In this document: positions 19,565-30,057 of the stretch, piece by piece | Numbering within the stretch: the stretch's first letter is position 1 | Layout of the letters: each line of letters starts with the position of its first letter | Assembly (NCBI GenBank): GCA_965208675.1 | Contig: OZ242351.1 | Span: 1,568,001-1,632,000 of the forward strand | Direction of reading: 5' to 3' | DNA: 64,000 bases | Source of the DNA: Candidatus Poribacteria bacterium | GTDB taxonomy: Bacteria; Poribacteria; WGA-4E; PCPOR2b | Position numbers and translations under genes: made by a program | The notes under the pieces: model-generated | Seen by the model: the letters and a program-made list of their open reading frames with translations, nothing else | Databases searched by the model: none | What the model was told of the DNA's origin: nothing

Positions 19565-22500
19565 ATGCGGACGCGAAATGTATTCCTGATATTCTTTGCG
19601 CTTATTGTAATTACCTTGGTTATCGGCGTATTTTTCTTTTCGCGTTCTGCATACCTGCTCAATCGGGTTCGAATTGTGATAGTGGATGAACTTGAAAACC
19701 AGTTGAATCACCCGGTCACCATTGGTAAGATTTCCGGTAATGTGTTAACCGGATTGAAAGTCCACCAACTCGAGGTCGCCAAACAACATCCTGACAAGCT
19801 GAATCCCATTCTGATTGATGAGGTTAATGTTAAGTATCGACTTTGGGGATTAATGCAGGGTAAATTTGTCGTCCAGCGGCTAAATCTTTACCGGCCACAA
19901 ATTAATGCATTTATTGATCGAGATGGCAAATTCAACCTATCATCGCTAACACCGGAGAAAACCGCCGAATCGAGTGCGAGACGCCCTCAGCTCCTGATTT
20001 CACGTGCTAACGTCGAAGACGGCGGCATCTCTTTTGTAGATGAAACGCGAAAATTCAAAATAGCCATCAGCGGCATTCAGAGCCTCATAGATAACCCGAA
20101 GCAAAGCGCCAAATATAATGGAAGCATGAACATAAGAGATGGCAGCTTTGAATTGAACGGCATTTCGACGCAAATTGACGAACTCGTAACCGAGTTTGAG
20201 TTTTTGAAAAACCAGGGCGAGTTGAAAACATTGCGCCTCACTGTGGGAAATTCTTCCCTGACGATTTCCGGAGGCTTGAATAATTTCAACAGCGAATCTC
20301 CGAGTAAAGAGCGTTCAACGCCTATCCTAGATACACAAATCGGCCTCAATGTCGATCTGCGAGATCTGCAGAAATATGTCCCAACTTACGAATTGGAAGG
20401 GTTTGCACAAGCCGCAATACAAGCCAAGGGATGGATTGGCGACATTGTTGGACAATGTAATCTCGAACTTCCCCAAGCAAAGATTAATCAGATACCGCTT
20501 AAAAATTGGGTTGCGGACGCCGAGTTTACCCAGGATCGATTTCACTTAAACGCAATTAATGGGGAATTAGCTTCCGGATCAGCTACGGGCAACGCAGATT
20601 TTAAATTGGCTTCAGAAGGTGTGACGTACAGTGGATCGTTGCAACTTTCCGACCTTCAAGCGCATCAGGTTTTGCCCACGGTTATTGAACTGCCCGAAGA
20701 TTTTTTGGTTGTCAATGGCCGCGTCAACGGCAAAATCCTGTTCCGCGGGAACAGCGCTAATTTGAACGGTTTCCAACTGGATTCCAACCTAGAATTGAGC
20801 GAGGCTTCCCTGAACGATGTGCCTATTCGACTTTCAAAAGCGCGCTGTGACATAAAACACAATCGGTTATCCGTGTCGGCAAATCTTGATGACGCCGAAA
20901 TTCGCCTTAACGGGCCGCTTGGGTCGGCGGGGCCATCTGCCATCAATCTAAATATTACCCAGATTGATGTCGGTAAAGTTTCTCGCATCTTGAGTTTGCC
21001 GGACCTGAGCGGCAGTGGCACGCTCACAGGAAGGATATCACCGAATCCTCCTCTCGCCGCGACGTTTAGTGTCCCTGACGCCGCTTTATACGATGTCCCT
21101 ATTGGTGTTTTGCGGGCGGAATTTCACTATGCCGAAGGCCGCGTTACGCTCCATCCGGTGAGCCTTGTAAAGGGCGAGAGCGAAATTACGCTAACCGGAA
21201 CTGCTCGGATGGAAAACGATATCCCTGTCGATTTCAGTGTAACCGCGCAGCCGCTTCAGATTGCGGATTATGTTAGGCTTGCCGGAGACGATTATCCTAT
21301 TGAAGGAATTGCAACCGGTGAACTCAAACTTGATGGGACGCTCGCGAGTTTAGACGGCCGGGGAAACCTCCACGTCGCGGCCGGACAAGCCTGGGAATTG
21401 GCGCTTGATCCACTAACGCTTCCATTAGAAATCCATGATTATGTTGTCAAGACCCCCAATTTTGAGATATTGGTTCGTGGGCAACGCGGCGTGCTCAACA
21501 CAAAACTGACGCCGGATGGAGACTATGACATCAGCTTCCAAAGCGAGGCGGTGCGGTTGGCAGAACTTGCGCGCGCGAAGGGGATAACAGATTTTCAACT
21601 GGACGCCGATCTTGTCGTCCTTGCAACCGGTCGTGCAAACGTCACAAATCCGAGGGTCGATTTGAGCTTTGATTTCTCAAATGTCTCTTACGCAGGAAAA
21701 CCGCTGCGCGATGTTCGTCTTGAAGGTATCTACATGGGTGACAAGCTGCACTTCGACGGTTCAGGATTTGACAACACGTGTCGAATCCAAGGGGTAATGG
21801 AATCGGTTGAAGGAAACCCATACAAAGTTTTCGTGGACGGTAAGGGTGTAGACGTCAAGCCAATCCTGCGGATTTTTAACGACACGCTGTCAGATAAAAT
21901 CACGGGAAGTGCCATCGGTGCGCTGGAAATCTCCGGAACCCTCGCGGACACATCCCAATTCACACTGAACATGTCCTTACCTTCCCTCGCGCTTCAGGCC
22001 AATGGGAGACAGTTGTTTAATCCTTCCACTGTCAAACTCAGCTTTGCCGACGACCTTTGGCACGTTAAATCCTTTGAACTTGCGGATAGCCGTGACCGCC
22101 GCCGCTTACTACGCGCAGCTGGAACGCTGGGGGCAGCAGCATTTGAACCGAACCCGCCGTCCTCGACGCCGCTGTCGGAAGCAACGGACCTGCCTCGTGA
22201 AGGGTTCGATTTCACTGTCGAGTCTGAAGGGTTCGCACTCGAATACCTAACCGATATTTTAGGCATGCCGCCAATGGTGTCAGGCACAGCCCGCTATAAA
22301 CTCACCGGGAACGGAACCGCCGACGATGCTCAATTGGCGCTGGATTGGTCGCTCGAAAATTTGTCCGTTAATTTACCGATAGAACCTATTGAGATTAGTG
22401 AAGCCGCCGGGCGTTTGGTCTACAAGAATCGGAACTTGATTGTGGAGCAGTCCAATTTTCTGTGGCTCGATAATTCCATTGGTATTGACGGCAGTGTGCC

Positions 22501-25500
22501 GTTAAATCTCAGTGCAATGCCAATGCCTTTTGAGGAGCGGATTGCTGGAGACGCCATGCGAATCGAATTTCGCGGCGAGCAAATTCATTTGGCGTCCTTA
22601 AAGAAATATGTCCCGCAACTATCTCATCTTCAGGGTTACGCGGATCTGAGCGGCGAAATAACTGGCAGCCTCCAACAACCGGAATTGACCGCAACGGTTG
22701 ATGTAAAAGAAACAGCGATGCAACTGTTCGATTTTCCGGACCCGATCGAAAATCTGCAAGCCCGCATACTAATACATGGCGGCATACCAAAATCCGATTT
22801 GGATGCGCATTTGTCTAATGCGGACAATACCCGTGCTGGGTTCACGAACGATATAATTTCGGTTGAACTGGTATACGCCAACTGGAATCTTGCCGGTGGA
22901 AACTATCGAGCCGCCGGAGGCTGGAATCTACCAAAAACGGAAACGCAATCATCGCTGTTTTCGATTTCCAGTTTTCACACACCAGTTTCGTTCCAGTTGC
23001 AACTTGATGGAAGGCAGGTGAATCTCACTAACTTTGCGCAACACTTGATGCGCGAGGATCAGGCCGCCCTATTTCGCGAGTATGATTTGGAGGGTCAGGT
23101 GGATGTCTCATTAGCGCTTCAGGGTAGTGGATTTCAAGCGAATCAACTATCCGGAACACTTACATGCAACAATCTACGGGCTAGCATTAATAAGTTGCAA
23201 TTCGATACCGATTTGGGGCATCAAGACGAATTGAATCGCGGCGGCATCTCGGAAGGGTTTGGACAAGTATTCGTGAAACATGGAATCCCAATTTCCCCTA
23301 ATGCGCCTGTCTCCGTTGAAAAAGGAGATGGCGGGCGGACGGTAATTAATGGGGAAGATAGCAATCTACCATACGTTGTTAAAGAAGATTCAGATAAACT
23401 CCTCATCTACAAAAAGCACAATGTACAGAACTTGGCACCGATTATATGTCGGTATTCGGGTGGGAGGTTAAACATTGAATCATTCCATATCGGACAACCG
23501 GGTGGGGGATTCATAGATGCGTCAGGCACGTGTGATACTGATGAGAACCTCAATCTACAGTTGGAACTCAGCGAGCTTCCCTACGCGTTATTGTTACCGT
23601 CGTTGACATTGACACTGTTTAACACTTCTGCTTTGTTAGATGGCCGTTTCTCTAGCCGGATTGCCTTGGGCGGCACCCTCTCCGAACCCACTATTGATGC
23701 GGAATGGGATACCTACGCAACGAATAAAAATGCTGAATTTTCAGATAAGGGATTTGCGAAATACCAAAATCGAACACTGGTCGCCGGTGATACAATTCGG
23801 TTGGGAAATGCCGACAATCAGTTGTCAATCTCCGGCGAAATTCCGATTAATCTCTCCTTACAGCCGCTCAATCTACCAGAACGGTTACCGGAATTACCCA
23901 TGAACTTGCAATTAAAAGGGAAGGATGAATCAAAGATAATGCTCGATTATCTAGCCTTATTGTTCCCTGTTTTGCTCGAAGACTCGGGTGGTATAGCCGA
24001 AGTGGATTTCAGCATAAGGGGAACAACTGCTTCACCTTACTTAGTCGGTGAAGGAACTGTCCATAACGGCATGATGAAATTCAAACATCTCGATACACCG
24101 ATTTCAGGTGCGGCGATGCGTCTGGTTGCAAGCGCCGGAAAAATTAGTATTCCCGCTTTCAGTTTTCAGATTGGCGCGGGGGAGTATGCAGCCCCAAAAC
24201 CAATTGAATTCAAAATGAACGGTCTGTTCCCGACGGATTTCGAGGTGCAACAATTCACCGTCACAAAGGCGCAGATCTCTGATTTTGCGCAGAGTTTCTT
24301 CGCCGGAGAGATTATCTCTGATTTTCAAGGCTACGCCACAGCAGAAGCACGTTTACGATTCCCTGTCAATCGGGTAATCACACCCGGAGAAACCGCATGG
24401 ACGCCGAAGATTGCTCTACCCGATTTACATAATCTAATCGAACACGCAGTTGGCGAATTAAACATTCAGAATCTGCTGGTGAATAGTATGGTGGAAGGTC
24501 TGGACTACACAATAAGTAACCCGGCGCCGATCAGGATTCACTTAGAAGGCAGGACAGTAAAACTCGACGGCTTCATTTTAGAAGATCAGATGTCCAACAC
24601 AGACGCACAGCGCCTTAAAATGACCGGATCAGGAAGTTGGAAATTGGGTGAGAGGTTGGATTTCCGCATGGATATGCATCATTTCAATCTCGGCTTTATC
24701 TCTGATTTTTTTCCCGATGCATACGCGATTCGGGGTTTTCTCAATGCAGTATTAGACATACGCGGGACAGACGCCAATCCAGAAGTCATTTTCGAATGGG
24801 AGACGCCGAAGTTTTCACTTCGTCATGCCCATCTGGACGAATTTACGGGCAAAATTGTGTACAAAAATAAGAAACTGCGCTTAACCGGCAAAGATGGAAA
24901 TAACGTGCGCTTCTCCGTAGGCGCCAATCGAGCCAAGTTTTCAGGACTCATTCCATTCAATCTTTCTTTACTCGAATTCAAAGCAGAACCGCTTCAGCAC
25001 GACGAAATCGAGGGGAGATTAGATGCGGCTATCCGCGATTTAGATTTTCTGCCGCTCATTATTCCCTCATGCGACTTCGCAGATGGTACGGGCGAAATCG
25101 GCGTGACAATCGGGGGACCTCTTCGGTCGCCGCAATTGAAAGGGGTTGCAAATCTAAGGAATTTAGAATTTGACTTCCCGGATTCATACACAAAAATCGA
25201 GAAAACTGAGATTGACATCGATTTCACCCAACGTGGACTGAATATTCGGCGCTTTGATGGCAGACTAAATGGCGGCACATACCGGATTAACGGCTCTGTT
25301 GAATCAGACTGGCTTCGTATACAGAATTTTAATCTTACAGCAGCATTGAGCGGCGGATGTGTTTTTCAGATGCCCGGCGTGTACTGGGTTGAACTCGAGC
25401 GTGCAGACCTTGCAATTCATGGCGGGCTGAAACTTCCGGAACTCACCGGTTCTATCCATATCACCGAAGGGCGGTACGAGAATCACTGGAGGGAATTAGT

Positions 25501-26404
25501 TAAGAATTGGTTTGATAAAGATGCAGGCATTCAAACTGAAGTGTGGTTCGACTACCCGATCGTGCGTGATTTACGATTAAATCTTGCGGTTTTCGCCGAC
25601 GATAATTTACGAATGGAGTCCGACATCGGCGAACTTGAAGTCGCAGTATCTGTCGTAAACGGCAAAATCGTCGGCCCCATTCAAAAACCCATCTTTGATG
25701 GGCGCGTAAATTTGTTGGAGGGCCAGTTTTCATTGCTGGATCGCCTCTTTTCTATAAATGACGGTTCATTTATAGAAAACACCAACCCGTTTGAATTTAA
25801 CCCCCAATACAAAATTGATGCCGAAACCATCGATCCGATTAGAAACATTCCCTTAATAACAGCCGATGACCAAGTACGTACGAAAGATCTGAACATTAAA
25901 GCCCATTTAAGCGGTTATCTCAACGAGCATCGCCCGCCCGAGTTTCAGGTCGAAGTTCTCCGAAAAAGCGCTGGCGAAGAGTATCAATTTACCTCGGAGC
26001 AGATCTTTCGCATTTTGTCGTTCGGCGCCGCCGACACTTCTGAGCCGCTATCCGCAGGTGCCACCTCAGACATTTTGCTGCGGCATTCCCAACGATATTT
26101 AGGAAATCGTTTGGGGGATGCCGTGGGGTTCGTTGATGAAGTACGGTTTAACATCAGTCCGAGTGCGTTTGAAGCGTCACAATTCTTCTTTACCAAAGCC
26201 ATCTCCGAACGCTTTTTTCTTACGTCCGGTTTCACGTTCCAACTTCACGCCGAACCGCGCATTGAAGTAGAGTATCTAATCAATAAGCATATCACCGTTA
26301 AAGGTGAAAAGAACGAGCAAGGTAAATTTGGAATCGATCTCAAACTTCAACAGAAATTCGGATTGACGCCGATTCGAGCGGCGATAAATTCGATGCACAA
26401 TTAA
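19565..26404 (+). CDS. TamB/AsmA-like translocation-assembly protein (2279 aa)
   Basis: N-terminal membrane anchor, AsmA-like N-terminus, beta-rich repeats (GSLQQPEL, GTTASPYLVG, GPLRSPQLKG), DUF490-like C-terminus, adjacent to an Omp85 gene. Confidence 0.82.
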   Translation: MRTRNVFLIFFALIVITLVIGVFFFSRSAYLLNRVRIVIVDELENQLNHPVTIGKISGNVLTGLKVHQLEVAKQHPDKLNPILIDEVNVKYRLWGLMQGKFVVQRLNLYRPQINAFIDRDGKFNLSSLTPEKTAESSARRPQLLISRANVEDGGISFVDETRKFKIAISGIQSLIDNPKQSAKYNGSMNIRDGSFELNGISTQIDELVTEFEFLKNQGELKTLRLTVGNSSLTISGGLNNFNSESPSKERSTPILDTQIGLNVDLRDLQKYVPTYELEGFAQAAIQAKGWIGDIVGQCNLELPQAKINQIPLKNWVADAEFTQDRFHLNAINGELASGSATGNADFKLASEGVTYSGSLQLSDLQAHQVLPTVIELPEDFLVVNGRVNGKILFRGNSANLNGFQLDSNLELSEASLNDVPIRLSKARCDIKHNRLSVSANLDDAEIRLNGPLGSAGPSAINLNITQIDVGKVSRILSLPDLSGSGTLTGRISPNPPLAATFSVPDAALYDVPIGVLRAEFHYAEGRVTLHPVSLVKGESEITLTGTARMENDIPVDFSVTAQPLQIADYVRLAGDDYPIEGIATGELKLDGTLASLDGRGNLHVAAGQAWELALDPLTLPLEIHDYVVKTPNFEILVRGQRGVLNTKLTPDGDYDISFQSEAVRLAELARAKGITDFQLDADLVVLATGRANVTNPRVDLSFDFSNVSYAGKPLRDVRLEGIYMGDKLHFDGSGFDNTCRIQGVMESVEGNPYKVFVDGKGVDVKPILRIFNDTLSDKITGSAIGALEISGTLADTSQFTLNMSLPSLALQANGRQLFNPSTVKLSFADDLWHVKSFELADSRDRRRLLRAAGTLGAAAFEPNPPSSTPLSEATDLPREGFDFTVESEGFALEYLTDILGMPPMVSGTARYKLTGNGTADDAQLALDWSLENLSVNLPIEPIEISEAAGRLVYKNRNLIVEQSNFLWLDNSIGIDGSVPLNLSAMPMPFEERIAGDAMRIEFRGEQIHLASLKKYVPQLSHLQGYADLSGEITGSLQQPELTATVDVKETAMQLFDFPDPIENLQARILIHGGIPKSDLDAHLSNADNTRAGFTNDIISVELVYANWNLAGGNYRAAGGWNLPKTETQSSLFSISSFHTPVSFQLQLDGRQVNLTNFAQHLMREDQAALFREYDLEGQVDVSLALQGSGFQANQLSGTLTCNNLRASINKLQFDTDLGHQDELNRGGISEGFGQVFVKHGIPISPNAPVSVEKGDGGRTVINGEDSNLPYVVKEDSDKLLIYKKHNVQNLAPIICRYSGGRLNIESFHIGQPGGGFIDASGTCDTDENLNLQLELSELPYALLLPSLTLTLFNTSALLDGRFSSRIALGGTLSEPTIDAEWDTYATNKNAEFSDKGFAKYQNRTLVAGDTIRLGNADNQLSISGEIPINLSLQPLNLPERLPELPMNLQLKGKDESKIMLDYLALLFPVLLEDSGGIAEVDFSIRGTTASPYLVGEGTVHNGMMKFKHLDTPISGAAMRLVASAGKISIPAFSFQIGAGEYAAPKPIEFKMNGLFPTDFEVQQFTVTKAQISDFAQSFFAGEIISDFQGYATAEARLRFPVNRVITPGETAWTPKIALPDLHNLIEHAVGELNIQNLLVNSMVEGLDYTISNPAPIRIHLEGRTVKLDGFILEDQMSNTDAQRLKMTGSGSWKLGERLDFRMDMHHFNLGFISDFFPDAYAIRGFLNAVLDIRGTDANPEVIFEWETPKFSLRHAHLDEFTGKIVYKNKKLRLTGKDGNNVRFSVGANRAKFSGLIPFNLSLLEFKAEPLQHDEIEGRLDAAIRDLDFLPLIIPSCDFADGTGEIGVTIGGPLRSPQLKGVANLRNLEFDFPDSYTKIEKTEIDIDFTQRGLNIRRFDGRLNGGTYRINGSVESDWLRIQNFNLTAALSGGCVFQMPGVYWVELERADLAIHGGLKLPELTGSIHITEGRYENHWRELVKNWFDKDAGIQTEVWFDYPIVRDLRLNLAVFADDNLRMESDIGELEVAVSVVNGKIVGPIQKPIFDGRVNLLEGQFSLLDRLFSINDGSFIENTNPFEFNPQYKIDAETIDPIRNIPLITADDQVRTKDLNIKAHLSGYLNEHRPPEFQVEVLRKSAGEEYQFTSEQIFRILSFGAADTSEPLSAGATSDILLRHSQRYLGNRLGDAVGFVDEVRFNISPSAFEASQFFFTKAISERFFLTSGFTFQLHAEPRIEVEYLINKHITVKGEKNEQGKFGIDLKLQQKFGLTPIRAAINSMHN

Positions 26405-26426
26405 GTCATTCGCAAGATGGAATTAG

Positions 26427-29177
26427 ATGAAGCGCTCAACCGAGAGCTACAAAGCGAAACACCGTTTCACCCCCTATCTCGTTATTAGCTTGATGCTTGT
26501 GTCCAACCCTGTGTTGGGGCAAACGCATAATCATCGGGTCGCCGATATCGTATACCTCCTCAACGGCAACGCCATTGATGAAACTACCCTGCTTGAAGAC
26601 CTCCGGCGTAGGACGAAAATCTCAATAGGAAAACCAATCTCCCGCCATGCAATTCGGAAGAGCATTGAAGCAATCTATGCAATCGGCGAGTATTCTCAAG
26701 TGGAAGTTATTCAAAGCGCTGCGCCCGGCGGCGTTTTGATCCGATTTATACTTTCCACGAAAATCACCGTACGAGAAATCCAATTCACGGGCAACGATAA
26801 CTTGCGCAAAGACGACCTCTTTGAAGTAATGAAATCCCGCCCGAATGTAGAATACCATGAGCAAATTGCTAAGCAAGATAGAAACAGAATTCTCCGATTT
26901 TACGGAGATGAACACGGTTATCTACAAGCCGAAGTGCGCTTCATTCCGCCCAATCCCCAAAACGTCCATGAGGTCAATCTTCTTTACGAAATCTCCGAAG
27001 GGCAACAATCCCTGATTCGGGAAATTGGGTTTAAAGGGGTTAAGGGAATCGAACCGAAAAAGCTGGCAAAGGTGCTAAAGAGCAAAGCATGCAAACCTTA
27101 CCAGAATCGCCGCATCGAAGAAGACATTGATGCCATCCGCGACTTATACCGAAAAAATGGATACCTCACCGTCCAAGTTGAACCCGAACCGTATTATGAT
27201 GAAAAAACGCATATGGTTTCTCTCATCTACCAGGTGCGCGAGGGGAAAAAAGTCGTTGTCGAACTAGTGGGTGAAAACGTTGACAGCCGAGAACTCAGTG
27301 AGCAACTGAGTTTATTCAAACAGGACGGGTATTCGGATACAATTCTCCGCAGCAATAAGCAACAAATTCGCCGCATCTATCAACAGAAAGGGTATTATGC
27401 CCCGGAGGTTGCGTTTCAAATCGAAAAAGAATCGAAGGATGAAGTGATTATTCGTTTCGACATTCATCCCGGTGTACTGTTGCACATCGGCACTATTAAG
27501 TTTGAAGGGAACGCAGCATTTACAGCCGCCGAGCTTCGTGACAAGATGGAAACCCGATCGCGCGCCGGATTCGGTCGTATCATACCGGGATTTGGCAGGT
27601 TTTTTCCAAAAGGTATTTTCGATCCGGAGATTTTGGAAAGAGACCGCCGTGTACTGAAACTGTTTTATAAAAAAGCCGGTTATGCCGACGTCCAAATCAA
27701 ACCGGAAAAAGAGATCGATGAAAAAAAAGGGCGCATCAACTTAATGATTAACGTTATAGAGGGAAAACGTCAGATTATAGAGGTTGTGAGCATTAAAGGA
27801 AACCGCACAATTAAAGCTAGAACCTTGCTATCGAAGCCCGCTGCAAAACCGGGGGAACCCTACAGCACAGACGTTGTGGCGCGCGATGTGCAATCGATCC
27901 AGTCCCATTACAATAAGGAAGGGTATATCTACGCGAGCATTGAACCGCACTACCAGCCGGAAACAGGTAGGCTGGTTTATCAAATCTCTGAGGGCATTCA
28001 AGCCAAGTTTGGGCGGTTCTACTTTGATGGGGAGGGGCGAATCAAACTACACGTTTTGGAGCGAGAATTTAAGAACCTAGACGGCACCGTGTTTAACCAC
28101 GAAAAACTGATTGAAGGTCGGCGGCGATTGTTTAATTTCGGAATCTTTCGCGAAATCGATATTCAGACGCCTGGACAGCTTGAAGGGGAAGAGGTCGTTG
28201 ATGTCAATGTCAACGCCAAAGTCAGAGCACCCGGTTCAATGAGCTTGAGCGGCGGTTATAGCCCGTCGGAAGGCGTTCGGGGAACTATCGGTGTGACTCA
28301 CAATAATATTCACAAACGCAACATGCGAGCAGGAATGCAGTTCCGAATCGGAACGCGCGGCAACCTGTATGAGCTAACCCTGGTTGAACCGTGGTTCAAA
28401 CCACCAATCATTGGACACACAATCGGCACCCTACGCCTATTTGAAGATAATCTAGAAGAAAACAATGACATACGCGCCCGCGGTGTGACAGCCAATCTTG
28501 CGAAGCGGCTTGGACCGCATAGCAACTTGGCAATGCAATACAAATATCAGGAGTTACATCAGAGCGATAGTGACAGAAGCACCATTGTGAGCAGTTTGGG
28601 AATCTCGTTTCATCGGGATAATCGGGACAGCTTTCTTAACCCCAGAAATGGATGGTTCAACGAGGTGGCAGTAGAGTATGCCGGCGTGTTTCTTGGCGGC
28701 GAAACCCGCTTTGTGAAATTTACAACGGATAATCGCCACTACAAGCAGATTGGAAGGGTAGTTGTTGCGAATGCGCTCCGGCTTGGTTGGTTGCGCCCCA
28801 ACCGCGCCCGGGAGATTGACGATCTCCTCTCTTTTGAACGTTTTTGGGCGGGTGGGTCCACAACGGTTAGAGGGTACGATGAGCGGTCATTAGGCCCCAG
28901 CGAATCGGACAATCCTCGAGGGGACGTTTTGTTAGTATTTAATACAGAATTGCGCTACCCAATTTTCAAGTTCATCGGCGGTGCCTTGTTTTTTGACACG
29001 GGCAACGTGTGGGAAAAACTGAGGTTTTCGGATATCGGGGAAAACCCCCCTCGGTCGGCCGTTGGAATTGGGCTTCGTATTGAGACGCCTCTTGGTCCTG
29101 CTCGTTTGGATTTTGGTTTCCCGCTCACCGAGAATTCCTCGCGCCGCGTTCATCTCGAACTGGGGCACGCTTTTTGA
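26427..29177 (+). CDS. bamA: Omp85-family outer membrane assembly factor (BamA/TamA) with multiple POTRA domains
   Basis: Repeated POTRA motifs (GY..A.V, I.EG), AGGSTTVRGY, TPLGPARLDFG and a terminal Phe. Confidence 0.88.
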   Translation: MKRSTESYKAKHRFTPYLVISLMLVSNPVLGQTHNHRVADIVYLLNGNAIDETTLLEDLRRRTKISIGKPISRHAIRKSIEAIYAIGEYSQVEVIQSAAPGGVLIRFILSTKITVREIQFTGNDNLRKDDLFEVMKSRPNVEYHEQIAKQDRNRILRFYGDEHGYLQAEVRFIPPNPQNVHEVNLLYEISEGQQSLIREIGFKGVKGIEPKKLAKVLKSKACKPYQNRRIEEDIDAIRDLYRKNGYLTVQVEPEPYYDEKTHMVSLIYQVREGKKVVVELVGENVDSRELSEQLSLFKQDGYSDTILRSNKQQIRRIYQQKGYYAPEVAFQIEKESKDEVIIRFDIHPGVLLHIGTIKFEGNAAFTAAELRDKMETRSRAGFGRIIPGFGRFFPKGIFDPEILERDRRVLKLFYKKAGYADVQIKPEKEIDEKKGRINLMINVIEGKRQIIEVVSIKGNRTIKARTLLSKPAAKPGEPYSTDVVARDVQSIQSHYNKEGYIYASIEPHYQPETGRLVYQISEGIQAKFGRFYFDGEGRIKLHVLEREFKNLDGTVFNHEKLIEGRRRLFNFGIFREIDIQTPGQLEGEEVVDVNVNAKVRAPGSMSLSGGYSPSEGVRGTIGVTHNNIHKRNMRAGMQFRIGTRGNLYELTLVEPWFKPPIIGHTIGTLRLFEDNLEENNDIRARGVTANLAKRLGPHSNLAMQYKYQELHQSDSDRSTIVSSLGISFHRDNRDSFLNPRNGWFNEVAVEYAGVFLGGETRFVKFTTDNRHYKQIGRVVVANALRLGWLRPNRAREIDDLLSFERFWAGGSTTVRGYDERSLGPSESDNPRGDVLLVFNTELRYPIFKFIGGALFFDTGNVWEKLRFSDIGENPPRSAVGIGLRIETPLGPARLDFGFPLTENSSRRVHLELGHAF

Positions 29178-29188
29178 ACAAAAATCCC

Positions 29189-29217
29189 TTGACAAACGAG
29201 TAGCTACTATGTATAAT
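29189..29217 (+). promoter_or_regulatory. Consensus sigma70 promoter of the tRNA operon
   Basis: TTGACA-17 nt-TATAAT, 14 nt before tRNA-Thr. Confidence 0.88.
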
Positions 29218-29231
29218 TCACATTCGCGTTT

Positions 29232-29307
29232 GCTGGCGTAGCTCAACGGGCAGAGCAAGTGATTTGTAATCACTAGGTTGGGGGTTCGATTCCTCTCGCC
29301 AGCTCCA
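29232..29307 (+). tRNA. tRNA-Thr(TGT)
   Basis: Cloverleaf GCTGGCG...AGTGA-TTTGTAA-TCACT...TTCGATT...CGCCAGC-T-CCA. Confidence 0.96.
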
Positions 29308-29324
29308 TTCTTTGTACACCGGCT

Positions 29325-29406
29325 GGGGAGATACCAAAGCGGTCAAACGGGGCAGACTGTAAATCTGTTGGCTATGCCTTCGGAGGTTCGAATCCTTCTC
29401 TCCCCA
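29325..29406 (+). tRNA. tRNA-Tyr(GTA)
   Basis: GGGGAGA...GCAGA-CTGTAAA-TCTGT, long variable arm, TTCGAAT and TCTCCCC-A. Confidence 0.96.
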
Positions 29407-29451
29407 TCACGTATGGCGCACAGCAAAACGCGAAAGCAGTTCAGATACAAC

Positions 29452-29525
29452 GCGGGAGTAGCTCAGGTTGGTAGAGCATTGGCCTTCCAAGCCAATTGTC
29501 GCGGGTTCGAACCCCGTCTCCCGCT
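29452..29525 (+). tRNA. tRNA-Gly(TCC)
   Basis: GCGGGAG...TTGGC-CTTCCAA-GCCAA...TTCGAAC...CTCCCGC-T. Confidence 0.96.
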
Positions 29526-29664
29526 TTGCGTTCTGATATTTTTTTTGGTAGTCCCCTTTGAATTTGGACAGCTATTTCGCCAAACTCCCGAGTTGCATAT
29601 CACTGGAGCGCGGTTTGCTTAACGGCGAATCCGGCGAATGTCGGAACGGGGACTTGTTTGCTGT

Positions 29665-29737
<73 letters not shown>

Positions 29738-29785
29738 TCAGTACGCGTTTCAAAACCGGGATGTATTTACATTCGAGTAACCGAT

Positions 29786-29938
29786 ATGCCTAGAGATGTC
29801 GTTTCGTTAGCGTGTGATGATTGCAAACGGCGAAACTATGTGACGACAAGGAACAAAAGAAAACAACAAGCGCGTTTTGAGTTTAAAAAATATTGTCGTT
29901 TTTGTCGGAAACACACACTACACAAAGAAACTCGATAA
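29786..29938 (+). CDS. rpmG: 50S ribosomal protein L33 (zinc-ribbon form)
   Basis: MPRDVVSLACDDCKRRNY...KKYCRFCRKHTLHKE. ATG at 29786; the track extension lies inside a tRNA. Confidence 0.96.
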   Translation: MPRDVVSLACDDCKRRNYVTTRNKRKQQARFEFKKYCRFCRKHTLHKETR

Positions 29939-29962
29939 AACATCAATCATTTCCTTGCTTGC

Positions 29963-30036
29963 AGGCCAGTGGCTCAACCGGCTAGAGCATCGGTCTCCAA
30001 AACCGAGGGTTGGGGGTTCGAGTCCCTCCTGGCCTG
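29963..30036 (+). tRNA. tRNA-Trp(CCA)
   Basis: AGGCCAG...TCGGT-CTCCAAA-ACCGA...TTCGAGT...CTGGCCT-G, at the canonical position before secE. Confidence 0.96.
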
Positions 30037-30057
30037 CCTTTTTATTGAAATTTCATT

